Below, piece after piece: positions 20,628-31,000 of a stretch of DNA of 64,000 bases. How positions within the stretch are numbered: the stretch's first letter is position 1; each line of letters begins with the position of its first letter. The notes beneath the pieces are model-generated. The model ran no database searches. It was given only the letters and a program-made list of their open reading frames with translations, and was not told the origin of the DNA. The position numbers and the translations under genes were made by a program. Location of the stretch: the IMG/VR virus record IMGVR_UViG_3300031673_000014, positions 17,146 to 81,145 of that record. One strand, written 5' to 3'. This stretch comes from a virus.

Positions 20628-22840
20628 AAAGAGCTAGATGGGAAGGAAACGAAATAATATTAACTGATGACATGGAAAACAACTCTATTAGTCTGGTAGA
20701 GAATAACGATGAATCTTTCGAGATAATCGGGGCTACTACCATAATGAGGGGCTTCCAGTGTACTCAATCGGTAACTCCGGGCATGAGTGCCATTATTCCT
20801 TATGGGATAGCATACGATGAGACCTTAAAGAAGCTACTTGTCAATCTCGCTTCTGTAACCGCGACATTTACGGCGGCTGACCCGGTATCTGCAAGAAGAG
20901 ATATTGTCGAAATAAGAAGACTTGAATTTGAAACTACCTTAGCAAACAGACAGTTTAAAAATGCAGGAACCGGGGCTATTTCTACTTCTCCGATTAATAC
21001 AGAGACCGAATACAATATAGAAGTAAAAGTCGTTGCCGGATCTCCCGGGGGAAGTGCTCCTTCGGTAGAAGCTGGATGGATAAAGATAGCAGAAGTTTTG
21101 ATCCCGGCTGCCTCTTCAACTGTTGTTAATGCGAATATTTTTAATGTAAATTCGGTTGCTACCGGGCTTTCTAATACTTCATGGACAACAGATATAACAT
21201 CAATTCACAGAAACGGTTCGTTAAGTGAGATGAAAACTCAGCTTTATGGACTAACTCAATCAATAACAACAATTTCTCTTACGGTAACAGGACTTACGGC
21301 TACAGCAACCTTAACCTCAACAGGACAAACCATACTTGCAAGAGATGGTGGTCAGGTACTGGTTTCAGGACATTCAGGGACAACTTATAACCTCGGAGTA
21401 AAAACTGTAGCAGGGAATGCACTAGCTCTGGGAAATGCGACAGGTAACGGTGATATATTCTTAGATTTTACAAACTCAGTAACAGCTGTTAGAGCTAGGA
21501 TTGCCAGTAAAAACGAAACAACGGCAGATTTAGACTTTTATACAGGTGGGAACATTACTACACCCAAACTGTCTATTCTTAATAGTGGTAACGTCCTAAT
21601 AGGAACACCTACTGACTCAACAATTGGAATCCTTCAATTAGAAACAGACTCAGTTAATACTTTGAATATAAGGAACTCAACAGGAACTGTTAACAAAAGA
21701 AGTTATGGATTTTATGCTGCGAATGACTTTCTAAGGTTAAGATCATTTGATGATGCTGGAGCATCAGCATTTAGTGCAATTATGGAATGGACACACGGAG
21801 GAAATGTCTTAATCAGGGGTGGAGCAGACACAGGCGAAGGTCTACATGTCGGTTCAGGTGGGATGAGGGTTACTGGGACAAATGGTTCTATAATAATTCA
21901 ATCAACAGGCGACACTTTCCAAATGACTAGAAACTCTACAAATTTTTTATGGGCTACTGGCTCTATTGCAACGGTAGCTATTGGTACAGGGCCAACAGTA
22001 ACGCTTACAGATGCAAACCTGATTTGTAACGCCGATCAATCAGTAACAGTAAATACAACTTTACTTGTAGACACAATAAGCGAGAAGACAGCAAGTGCAG
22101 GTGTAACTATTGATGGTTTACTCATTAAAGATTCTGGAATTGGAGCATCTCTTACTATAACCGGTTCTTTAACTGCTACAACTTCTTTGATTACTAATAC
22201 TATTTCAGAAAGAACAACTGCTTCTGGAGTTACAATAGACTCTGTATTATTAAAAGATAATAGTGTTACAGCTACAAGCATTTTTACAGGCACAATAAGC
22301 GAGAAGACAGCAAGTGCAGGTATAACATTTAATAATATTGTAAAAGTAGACACAATAAGCGAGAAGACAGCAAGTGCAGGTATAACATTTAATAATATTG
22401 TAAAAGTAGGCACAATCAGCGAGAAGACTGCAAGTGCAGGGGTGACTTTTAATAATGTTGTAAAAGTAGACACAATCAGCGAGAAGACTGCAAGTGCAGG
22501 GGTTAGTGTTCAGGCTTCAAGTGGAGAGCAGTTATTAACAAAGATTATTCCTATTGGTGATTGGGATATGACAACCACCAATAGTTTATCAGTAGCTCAT
22601 ACTATTCCTGATTATTCAAAAATAAGAACAGTATACGTTCTGGTGAGAAGGGATTCGGATGCTGCAACACCTCAAGTTACACGACTTGATTATGATGACA
22701 ACATTGTTTCTGGATATTATACAAATATAGGGGTCACGAACATGTTATTAGTTGCTATCTCCGGAGGGATTTTTGACAATATTAACTATAATCAAACCAG
22801 CTACAACCGAGGTTGGATCACAATCACCTATGAAGTGTAG
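20624..22840 (+). CDS. Tail fibre / receptor-binding protein
   Basis: AADPVSARRDIV...WIKIAEVLIPA N-terminus; Thr/Gly-rich; GNVLIG repeats; last gene of tail module. Confidence 0.85.
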   Translation: MKRARWEGNEIILTDDMENNSISLVENNDESFEIIGATTIMRGFQCTQSVTPGMSAIIPYGIAYDETLKKLLVNLASVTATFTAADPVSARRDIVEIRRLEFETTLANRQFKNAGTGAISTSPINTETEYNIEVKVVAGSPGGSAPSVEAGWIKIAEVLIPAASSTVVNANIFNVNSVATGLSNTSWTTDITSIHRNGSLSEMKTQLYGLTQSITTISLTVTGLTATATLTSTGQTILARDGGQVLVSGHSGTTYNLGVKTVAGNALALGNATGNGDIFLDFTNSVTAVRARIASKNETTADLDFYTGGNITTPKLSILNSGNVLIGTPTDSTIGILQLETDSVNTLNIRNSTGTVNKRSYGFYAANDFLRLRSFDDAGASAFSAIMEWTHGGNVLIRGGADTGEGLHVGSGGMRVTGTNGSIIIQSTGDTFQMTRNSTNFLWATGSIATVAIGTGPTVTLTDANLICNADQSVTVNTTLLVDTISEKTASAGVTIDGLLIKDSGIGASLTITGSLTATTSLITNTISERTTASGVTIDSVLLKDNSVTATSIFTGTISEKTASAGITFNNIVKVDTISEKTASAGITFNNIVKVGTISEKTASAGVTFNNVVKVDTISEKTASAGVSVQASSGEQLLTKIIPIGDWDMTTTNSLSVAHTIPDYSKIRTVYVLVRRDSDAATPQVTRLDYDDNIVSGYYTNIGVTNMLLVAISGGIFDNINYNQTSYNRGWITITYEV
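22069..22502 (+). repeat. Coding repeats TISEKTASAG(I/V)T in tail fibre, including 60-bp tandem units
   Basis: cacaataagcgagaagacagcaagtgcagg-like unit at ~22071, 22291, 22351, 22411, 22471 plus a diverged copy ~22197. Confidence 0.9.
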
Positions 22841-22866
22841 AAGGTGGTGGTTTTAAAACATAAAAA

Positions 22867-23190
22867 TTATTTATTCGGATAAATTTGAATAAAGGTGTAA
22901 TAGTAAGATGCTTCATACTCAGTTATTTTATTTCCTGTGTATGCACTATATAACTGACCATCAAGGACAACAACTGCATGGTCAGTTATTCCCCCAATTC
23001 CAACGGATCTCTGTCTATAAGGTGTACAGTAAACAGAAGCATACCCAAAATCAACACCCAATGAAAAATGTGCAATATTCATAAAAAGAAGAGCGTGGGT
23101 CACACAATTCCCTTTCCCAATTATAGATGGAAATGTTGGACTAGTTGGAAATGTAACAGTTTCTTGGTGAGAAAAATTTATATTGTTACA
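22867..23190 (-). pseudogene. 5'-truncated transglutaminase/cysteine-protease-like gene remnant
   Basis: Frame reads GKGNCVTHALLF...DHAVVVLDG; the putative catalytic Cys lies upstream of the only start (GTG 23103) and there is no in-frame ATG. Confidence 0.4.
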
Positions 23191-23238
23191 ATACTTGCTG
23201 GGGATACTGCCTTTGTTTCATGTACAAGGATGACATAG

Positions 23239-23634
23239 TTATTTAAGTCTCCTGGTATCAAAGTTAATATATATTTTATCATACTGATCAAAGTACCCAT
23301 AACTCCTATCAATGTTATGGGTACAGAGATGCTGATACCCTATTTCCAATATCCATAGATTGATTCCTGCTGTTACATAATACTTTTCTTTATATGGTGA
23401 AAAATAAAATGATCTTGATTTTGTAATATCTACTTCTTGATTTACATCAACGAACAGAAACTTCCATGCTATGCCTATCCCTATATTTGTTGAAAAATAC
23501 ATGTTCTCATCATTTGTAAATCTATCCTCTTTCATAGGATAATAAGCAAACTCCCCAAATGAATAGAAACTAAAATCACTTGCATATAAATAACTGCTCA
23601 ATAATAACATCAATAAAACTATAATCTTTTTCAT
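23239..23634 (-). CDS. Secreted / outer-membrane beta-strand protein (moron)
   Basis: Signal peptide MKKIIVLLMLLLSSYLYA; alternating aromatic beta strands; own promoter and RBS. Confidence 0.65.
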   Translation of the reverse strand: MKKIIVLLMLLLSSYLYASDFSFYSFGEFAYYPMKEDRFTNDENMYFSTNIGIGIAWKFLFVDVNQEVDITKSRSFYFSPYKEKYYVTAGINLWILEIGYQHLCTHNIDRSYGYFDQYDKIYINFDTRRLK

Positions 23635-23652
23635 AAATTCCCCCTACTTTTA

Positions 23653-23680
23653 ATTATACATACGATTAGAATAAAAGCAA
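23653..23680 (-). promoter_or_regulatory. Promoter with CTAATCGNNTG motif
   Basis: Minus strand TTGCTT-16-TATAAT with CTAATCGTATG. Confidence 0.7.
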
Positions 23681-23691
23681 GGGAAATCGCT

Positions 23692-24117
23692 TTATTCCCC
23701 GATCATTCCTAATTTATCAAAAACAGATAGATCAGAAAGAGATAGAACAGCTTTTTCGTCTTTCATCTCTTTCATCAAAGCTTTGAACGTTTCTTTTTTC
23801 AGGACCGGGAAATCCAGTTTTACAGGAACCGGAGAATTCAGGAACAATTCAGTTTCAGTAAGGTTTGATTCTTGCTCGTCTGCAGAGTTATAACCACCGG
23901 GATTGAATTGTGTTATTCTTTTTTCTGCCATTTTTCCATACTTCAAAGCAATAGAATTTGATCCTTTTGTGAACAATTCATCAACTTTGACGAAATCCTG
24001 CTTTAATTTAGCAACCATGATAGATTCTTCCCAGTCCGGAAACCCTGGAAGTTCAAAAAGTTTTGTCATAGCAACTCTACTCTCTCTGAAATCTTTAAAA
24101 GTAAACTCTTCTTTCAT
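23692..24117 (-). CDS. Hypothetical protein
   Basis: 141 aa, GAGAGGA RBS. Confidence 0.65.
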   Translation of the reverse strand: MKEEFTFKDFRESRVAMTKLFELPGFPDWEESIMVAKLKQDFVKVDELFTKGSNSIALKYGKMAEKRITQFNPGGYNSADEQESNLTETELFLNSPVPVKLDFPVLKKETFKALMKEMKDEKAVLSLSDLSVFDKLGMIGE

Positions 24118-24169
24118 ATTATCCTCTCTTGAATTTATTTAAGGTGAATTAAATTCCCCCTGATTCCTA

Positions 24170-25666
24170 TTATACTTTCTTGGCTGTAAGAGTCAAGATG
24201 ATGTTTCTTGCAGTCTCCATTTCACTCATATTCATTTCTTTTAATTGACACTTCCGGCCAATAGCGACATATATCTTCATCCATAAGATATTCCTTCTCC
24301 GGAAACTTTCGGTATGGATTATTCTCTTTTTACCGTCCAGTTCCTTTACTGATTGCTCACCTACGTACCGATTGATCATTGCGTTAATTTCTTCACGGAA
24401 AGATTTTTCTTTCATTGACGGGGTAATATGAGCGTTTCCAGAGATTATCTCAAGTTCTGGTTTATGCTGTCCCGGGAGACCTTTTCCTCCGTCTTTTTTT
24501 TCTTTATATTCAAGAGCCCTGTCTTGTTCCCATATCCAATTCTTGAAAAAAGATATGAAGTCCGGATCTGCCGGTGCTGTGATATAAGCGAAGTCTTTGT
24601 ATGTTTTGAATCTTGTCGCTCGATTCAGGCATTGGATTAACCATGGCTCAGAGCGGTATATGTGCAGAATGATCATAAATGCTGTATTCGGGGCATCTAA
24701 TCCTTCTGAAGCTTGATTACAGCTACTTAAGACAGGGAATTCACCTTTTCTATAACTTTTTATTATACCAAGAGAATCTTTCATTTGAGAGTCAACGGAT
24801 TTACATTTACACCACTTATGATTTACATGTCTGGAATACTCTCTGGCTAGTTCAATGTCAGCTCCAACAATAATCATTTGAGCCCAAGGATTATTTCTTC
24901 TATATTCCATAAATTCAGACATTGCATTGTCTATTACTTGAAAAGCATAATCACTTCGAACGGCTGCATTAAGATGTTCTCTGTCCATAGAGTCATATTC
25001 AATAATCTTTTCACCTTTTTTATATTCCCCGGATCCGTCTATAAGATTTAATTTTACAGGAATAATGGCATCTTCTCTGAGGGCATCTTCCCGGGTATAT
25101 GTTACCCATCGTATATTTTTAGTTTCTGTTTTATCCAGCATATTATTTTTATATGGGAAAAATGAGATCTTATCCCCGGTGTGACGAAAGGCGGTCCCGG
25201 TCATAAAAACACAAAGTTTTGCTAATTTTACCAACTCAAGAAAAGGCTTCTCCCAGCTCCCATCACTGGAAACGTGATGATGTTCATCAGCAATAAGAAT
25301 ATAATTATATTTTTTGAAATCTTCTATTATATTGTCGGCATTACTGGCAATGGCTTGAAAAGTTATCCCGAATCCGTCTAATCCCCTTGATGGATCTTTT
25401 CCGTTATCCGCAACCCTTATTGTTTTCCCGGAATCAAAGAAAGGATCAATCATACTTTCTTCAATTTGGTATACTAACGATAACCGGGGCGCGACATGCA
25501 TAATTTTATCAAAGCCATTACCAATTAGATGTTTTGCAAATAGAATAGAATCTCCGCTTTTACCGGATCCCGGATGAGCATCTATAAATATTTTATTTAT
25601 TGGTTCACCTTCAATAATTTCGTTACATATAGAAATTACTTCAGATTGATGTTTTCTCCAAGCCAT
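24170..25666 (-). CDS. SF2 DEAD/DEAH-box helicase (ResIII-like)
   Basis: WRKHQ, HPGSGKS, IADEHHH, MTGTAFR, SEGLDAP, IQCLNRATR motifs. Confidence 0.9.
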   Translation of the reverse strand: MAWRKHQSEVISICNEIIEGEPINKIFIDAHPGSGKSGDSILFAKHLIGNGFDKIMHVAPRLSLVYQIEESMIDPFFDSGKTIRVADNGKDPSRGLDGFGITFQAIASNADNIIEDFKKYNYILIADEHHHVSSDGSWEKPFLELVKLAKLCVFMTGTAFRHTGDKISFFPYKNNMLDKTETKNIRWVTYTREDALREDAIIPVKLNLIDGSGEYKKGEKIIEYDSMDREHLNAAVRSDYAFQVIDNAMSEFMEYRRNNPWAQMIIVGADIELAREYSRHVNHKWCKCKSVDSQMKDSLGIIKSYRKGEFPVLSSCNQASEGLDAPNTAFMIILHIYRSEPWLIQCLNRATRFKTYKDFAYITAPADPDFISFFKNWIWEQDRALEYKEKKDGGKGLPGQHKPELEIISGNAHITPSMKEKSFREEINAMINRYVGEQSVKELDGKKRIIHTESFRRRNILWMKIYVAIGRKCQLKEMNMSEMETARNIILTLTAKKV

Positions 25667-25750
25667 TATTTATTATCCTTTCTGCAAAATAATACGCGAT
25701 GATCATAATCTTGCACCGTTAAATAAGATAGGTCGAAATCCTGTCCGATC

Positions 25751-26374
25751 TTATTTATTCTCTTTAATATATTTCTTCCTGAAATTATCTATGTTCTGCA
25801 TTGTCATAACTGCTTGAGGGTAGTTTCTACTCTCGGAGACGTTTGTTCTAAGAGTCAATAATCCAAGATTTAAAGATTTTTGAGAGGGTATATTTTTCCC
25901 GGTCAACAACCCATTATCTCTCATAATGTCAAATATTTCTGTTTGGCTTAACCCTAAATGTTTGCCAGCATCACGAATAGAATAATGTTTTGATTCATCT
26001 CTCAGGGCAGCATCAGCAAGTGCAGCTTTTGGTTTTAGAATTGCATTTTCTTCCTCTAGTTTCTTATACCTCTGAATAGCGAGCTCATAACCTTTTACGA
26101 TCATCAAAGCTTCTTCTGCCTGTGTTGTTGGCAACTTCCTACGATCATCGGAAGTGATTAAAGAACTATTTTCCTTAATTCTCATTGAAACTGCCGTTAC
26201 TTCATATTCGTTCAAATAAGTAATCTTACCATTCTTAACTTTATCAGGAAAAATCTCATTAACCCTTTTTATTACAAGGGCATAACTTACTCCTAATGAA
26301 TCTGCAACTTCTTTTATGGTCATTGTTTTTTCTGGAAAATCTTCTTGTGGAAATAATGCAAGATCTCTGTTCAT
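25751..26374 (-). CDS. Antirepressor with KilAC domain
   Basis: N-term HTH MTIKEVADSLG; LKPKAALAD...SIRDAGKHLG...C-term; start corrected to ATG after AAGGAG. Confidence 0.8.
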   Translation of the reverse strand: MNRDLALFPQEDFPEKTMTIKEVADSLGVSYALVIKRVNEIFPDKVKNGKITYLNEYEVTAVSMRIKENSSLITSDDRRKLPTTQAEEALMIVKGYELAIQRYKKLEEENAILKPKAALADAALRDESKHYSIRDAGKHLGLSQTEIFDIMRDNGLLTGKNIPSQKSLNLGLLTLRTNVSESRNYPQAVMTMQNIDNFRKKYIKENK

Positions 26375-26544
26375 AAAAAACTCCTTAAGTCTTCCTGTAG
26401 CGACCACTAAAAAGCTAGTTCGGAAAACTTTATAGGGCAGGAAGACTTAAGGAGTCTTTCAAATCCCAAACTAATATAACTCTCCGCTAAAAGAGCAGAT
26501 CAACGATCTTCCATAATAATACAGACATTAAAGAACATTGTCAA
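26375..26544 (-). promoter_or_regulatory. Antirepressor promoter and attenuator leader
   Basis: TTGACA-17-TATTAT (26544-26516); 18-bp perfect inverted repeat 26380-26397/26438-26455 that includes the SD and is followed by T6. Confidence 0.75.
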
Positions 26545-26606
26545 ACAATATAAAATAAACTAGACATACGATTATTATTGTGCTACTGTTTAGTTCAGGG
26601 GGATAT

Positions 26607-27638
26607 ATGAACTATACCGAATATCTAAAAAGAATTGATGTTTTAAAAAAACAGAACATCAAAGTAGGAAGTTTTGACTTTAATGGTCAAATGCCGATTG
26701 AATTCCTTAAGATTGAAATAATTGAGGAAGAAGTGACCGATTCTGCTTTTCATTGGCAGGACAAGTGGTCAAATAATGGGGGGAAATGGGTAAAAGAAAA
26801 ATCTATCGTTGACTGGGATAAAAACTACATTCTTATGCTTGGCGGTTTGTGTGGGATCGAGTCTGATCACTCTAAAAGCGAAAAAATGGGAAAATACTCA
26901 TATCTTTCAAAGTCTACCTGTTATCGTGTTCTTCCTTCGGGGAAAAAAGAGTATGAGTCTGCAGAATATGAATTTGATGCTGAGGTCAGGGCTGAAGAAG
27001 TAGTTTTGAAAAATGAGATTAAAGCCATGGAGTATGAGGAGAAAAAAGCTTCTAATTCTCTACGGCAGAATGACAGAGAAGTTTCCCGGAAATACAAAAG
27101 TGATTTTGAGAAACAATTAGTCGTTGTTGAAATGGCTAAATTCGGCAGACAGAGGGCTGACACTGGGGCTCACAAGAGAGCAATACAAAAGATGATAAAA
27201 TTACCGTCTGCAAACGAATCGTTGATTGGTACTCATTTATTCTGTTTTCAGTGTGTTCCTGATTTTTCTAATAAAAATGTTCGTCAAAAGTATCTTGAAA
27301 CTGACAGTCCCGGTTCTTCTGTTTTCGGACAAATAGAACATAGAGATTCTGATGTTATTGATCAGAAAGATACTGAACCATCGGCAATGTTCCAGATAGC
27401 AGAAAAAAAAGGATCGTTAAAATCAAATGCTGTTTTATACAAGTTGGCAGGATTTGTACTTGAGTCTGAGGCACACGCTGAAGGTTTTCTGGATCTTTTA
27501 AAGGGGTATAATGAGATTGAAGATAAAACTTCAAAGTTGATATTCTGGGTAGATCTATTTGAATCAATAGATCCTATTATTAAAAATGGCACTATCGGTG
27601 CTAAAAAAGATTACTTAAAAAACTGGGGGAATAAATGA
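26607..27638 (+). CDS. Hypothetical protein, possibly recombination-associated
   Basis: First gene of rightward early operon, CAGGGGGA RBS; two genes upstream of SbcCD fusion. Confidence 0.6.
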   Translation: MNYTEYLKRIDVLKKQNIKVGSFDFNGQMPIEFLKIEIIEEEVTDSAFHWQDKWSNNGGKWVKEKSIVDWDKNYILMLGGLCGIESDHSKSEKMGKYSYLSKSTCYRVLPSGKKEYESAEYEFDAEVRAEEVVLKNEIKAMEYEEKKASNSLRQNDREVSRKYKSDFEKQLVVVEMAKFGRQRADTGAHKRAIQKMIKLPSANESLIGTHLFCFQCVPDFSNKNVRQKYLETDSPGSSVFGQIEHRDSDVIDQKDTEPSAMFQIAEKKGSLKSNAVLYKLAGFVLESEAHAEGFLDLLKGYNEIEDKTSKLIFWVDLFESIDPIIKNGTIGAKKDYLKNWGNK

Positions 27639-27765
27639 AAAGTTTACTTAACAACGTTATCATACTGACAAGTATAATGGCCGGATTTATACTGACCTTT
27701 GTATGGTTTGGATGGAAAATGGCTATAGTATTATTATTATTAACACAATTCGCAGGGGGAATAGA

Positions 27766-28020
27766 ATGAAAATATCTATAGAAATGGAAATACCGGACAA
27801 TGTTTTAAAAGGAATGTTCGGTGTTGCGGATGTGAACATAAAAATGGTTGAAGACATGGTAAGAATATCTTTTTATCAAGAGGTTGCCTCTAAACATGGC
27901 GATATTGATAGTGTATTGGATTGGATTGCATCGGATGATGTTTCAGAAGTTGAAAGAAGATTCCGTAAAAACCTTATTGAAATGACAAGAAAGTTCAATC
28001 AAAAGAGGAAATCTAAATGA
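27766..28020 (+). CDS. Hypothetical protein
   Basis: CAGGGGGAAT RBS before ATG 27766; ATGA overlap. Confidence 0.55.
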   Translation: MKISIEMEIPDNVLKGMFGVADVNIKMVEDMVRISFYQEVASKHGDIDSVLDWIASDDVSEVERRFRKNLIEMTRKFNQKRKSK

Positions 28021-31000
28021 AAACAGCGCATATAGCAGACTTACACCATAGTCCAGAGAGACATAAAAAAGTAATGAGAATCTTGGATCAGGTTATTGAG
28101 ATCCTTCCAGATGTTGATTTATTGACAAATTCCGGTGAGAATTTCAATAATCCTTACAATATTGGAGAGGTTTACAATCAGCTGCTTGATAAGTGGGGAG
28201 AGGCTACAGCGATTAAACCGGTGGCTACAATAGATGCTACTCAAGGAAAGCACGAACGGGAAGGAATGCTAAGAGGTCTCAAAAGTGCTGGTATAGTTAT
28301 TATAAAGCCCGGAATGGCTTATGGGTATGGAGCAGGACAGATCTATCCTAAAATTGATGGGCTTGAGCCAGAAATGCTATTATTCGGCGTTCCTCATGCT
28401 CATAAGGGAAAAATCGTGATGGGTGAAATGTCCAGAGATGAAGCCAATGCTAAAGTAAATCAGGAAATGGCAAAACTGTATTCTTTTTATGGTGCATTGA
28501 GAGCGAATAATCCCGATATACCAGCCCTTGCCGTTGGTCATGGAGTCGTACAGGGTAAGAATACCAGAGATTTACATGCTATTAAGAACAGTTCTATTTA
28601 TTCAACTGAAGCTGAATTAAAACAAATGGGCTGTGATTTTTACGCATGGGGACATTATCATGTCCCTACAGAGTTTGAATTAATCAAGGGCGGTTATCTC
28701 GGTTCGTTTGCCTGGGATTGGAACGAATTGAACTATAAACCGGCAATTACTATCATGGACTGGGATACAATGGAAGTTACCAGACATGAGCTTGATATCA
28801 ATACAAGAAAAAAACTTGTTATGTTTCCAGGGGATAAAATACCAGACCTGACCGGTTGTGATGTTCATTTGATCAATAATGAAACTGAATGGACTGAATC
28901 TGACTGCAGAGATGCCGGAGCCGGACAGATAAAAATAACAACAGAGGTTGAACTTGAAAACAAGATAAGATCTCAGGCAGTAGTCGAAGCCGTTTCTTAT
29001 CCGGAAAAATTCAAAGCGGTTTATCCCGATGCAACCGATAGGCAATTACAGGTTTGTGATGAAATGTGGGAAGCTGACAAAGCAGAGGGTAAGATACCCG
29101 AAGAAAAGGTCATAACTCCTCTATACCTGACTGTCCATGGATCAAAGAACTTCCTAGAAAGAATAGGCAGGGAAACAATAAAGATTGATTTTAGAGACCA
29201 TGACGGCCTTGTAATGCTTATCGGTGACGGTGGACTCGGAAAGACAACGTTGTTTGATTATGCTAATCCGTTTCCGCTGCTTTTCGCTCAGGGGAATTCA
29301 TTACTTTCTACTTTCGAGATGGAAGATTCTTTTATTGAGCAGGGATGGGATATAAACGGGGAAGTTTTTATTATAAAGAAATTTTTCAAACCTACTTTAA
29401 AAAGTCCTAAAGCCGAATATTATGCTTTTAAAGAAAATGGCGAAAAGATATCCGGTCTGGATTCTGGGAATGTTGGACCGTATAGTGATTGGTGTCTGTC
29501 TATGTTTGGATCTCCCCGAAGATATTCTTCTTCTGTTTTCAATACTCAGTTTGACGACAATCCTGCGACATTCTCAGGGCAAAAGATAAATCCTTCCATA
29601 TTTCAGGCAAATAATATTGAGTTAAAATCATTATTTCATGAGCTGGCAGGAACAGATTTGAAACATCTTGAGCTGCAATGTAAAGCAAAAGCCGACGAAT
29701 TCAAAGATATGGCTGAGAATGAGCTTATGAAAAAGTCCGGTGTAGAAGAAAGTATTCCCGATACTGCGGTATTTATGGAAAGGATGTCAGAAATAAATCA
29801 CGAAATTGCTGATAAGAGTATTGTGTTAGGGGCAATAGACAGTGAAATATTATCCTGCAAAGTAAAAATCAAAGATATAGAGAAGATTGAAGAGGGAAAT
29901 AGAGACATTGATACAACAGTCTTTATTCTTAACGGACAGATTGGTACGGAAACTGCGAACAGGAATACCCTTAACCATGAGCTGTCAGGGCTTAATAATG
30001 TCGACATTGATACTGTTACCAAGGTTTTAGAAAAGATGGATTCTGACAAGGTTATATACGATTCTCGCTTAAAAGAACTTCCAGAGATCAAAAGACATAA
30101 TGTTGATATTCAACAAACATTTATGAAAGCTCTTGAAAATTGGAATACTGATAACCTGGGAATTGTAGAGCATAACAACAGTGTTTCATCTATTAAAAAA
30201 GAGATTGAAACTGCCATGTTGAATAAAACAAGGGCAATTACAAGAAAAAAAGATAAACAGGTCAGAGCTGAACAGGATCAAAAAAACCAGAACATAAACA
30301 TTGAAAATGAATATGGAAGACTTAAGGTAGGGATTGAACAATCCATATCCACTTTGAATGAACAGATCAAAACCGGAAAGGAAATGGTTGAAAATATCGT
30401 TGCCTGTCCTAAGTGTGGATATCAGGATGAAGATTCTCTCAAAAAGAAGTCTGACTATGAAGCAAGAATAAAGCTGAGAGAGACCGAACTTGATGGTAAA
30501 GTGAAAGAACTTCTTGAATTGGTAGAGCCGGAAAAAGTAACCGTAAAGGCTGATTGTTCGGAAGAAGATAAAGAAATTGTCGAATATGATGAGATAATCA
30601 ATCAGGTAGTACCAGAGATAAAGCCAGTCCCCGATAAACCGATTGAACCGGTTTACTTGAATGAAGATCTCCCGGTGTTTGATTTTGACAAATATTCTTC
30701 TTTGAAAGACCAGATTTCTTCTTATTCTGAATCAAAAATAACAGAACTGCAGACAAGAATTTCAGAGTGTACAAAGAGAATAGCTGATTTACAGAATCAA
30801 AAAGAGTCTAAAATAAAGACCGAAATTGATTATTCTCCTGTTGATCAATTGAAGGCTGCCGAAGAAAAACTGAAAACTATTGAAAAAGAGATCCAACAAT
30901 TAAACAATGAGATTTCTTTAAAAGAGTCTAAGATATCTGATATCAATAAGATGAGAGAATCACTTGTTGAATACGACAACCGGATAGAGAAGTATAATGA

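Noticed and set aside
596-22473. Numerous minus-strand ORFs overlapping structural genes
   Set aside because: Antisense shadows without RBS or recognisable motifs
22069-22502. Possible CRISPR array or DGR variable/template repeat
   Set aside because: Repeats are in-frame coding units with near-identical spacers; no cas or reverse transcriptase gene and no adenine-specific mismatch pattern
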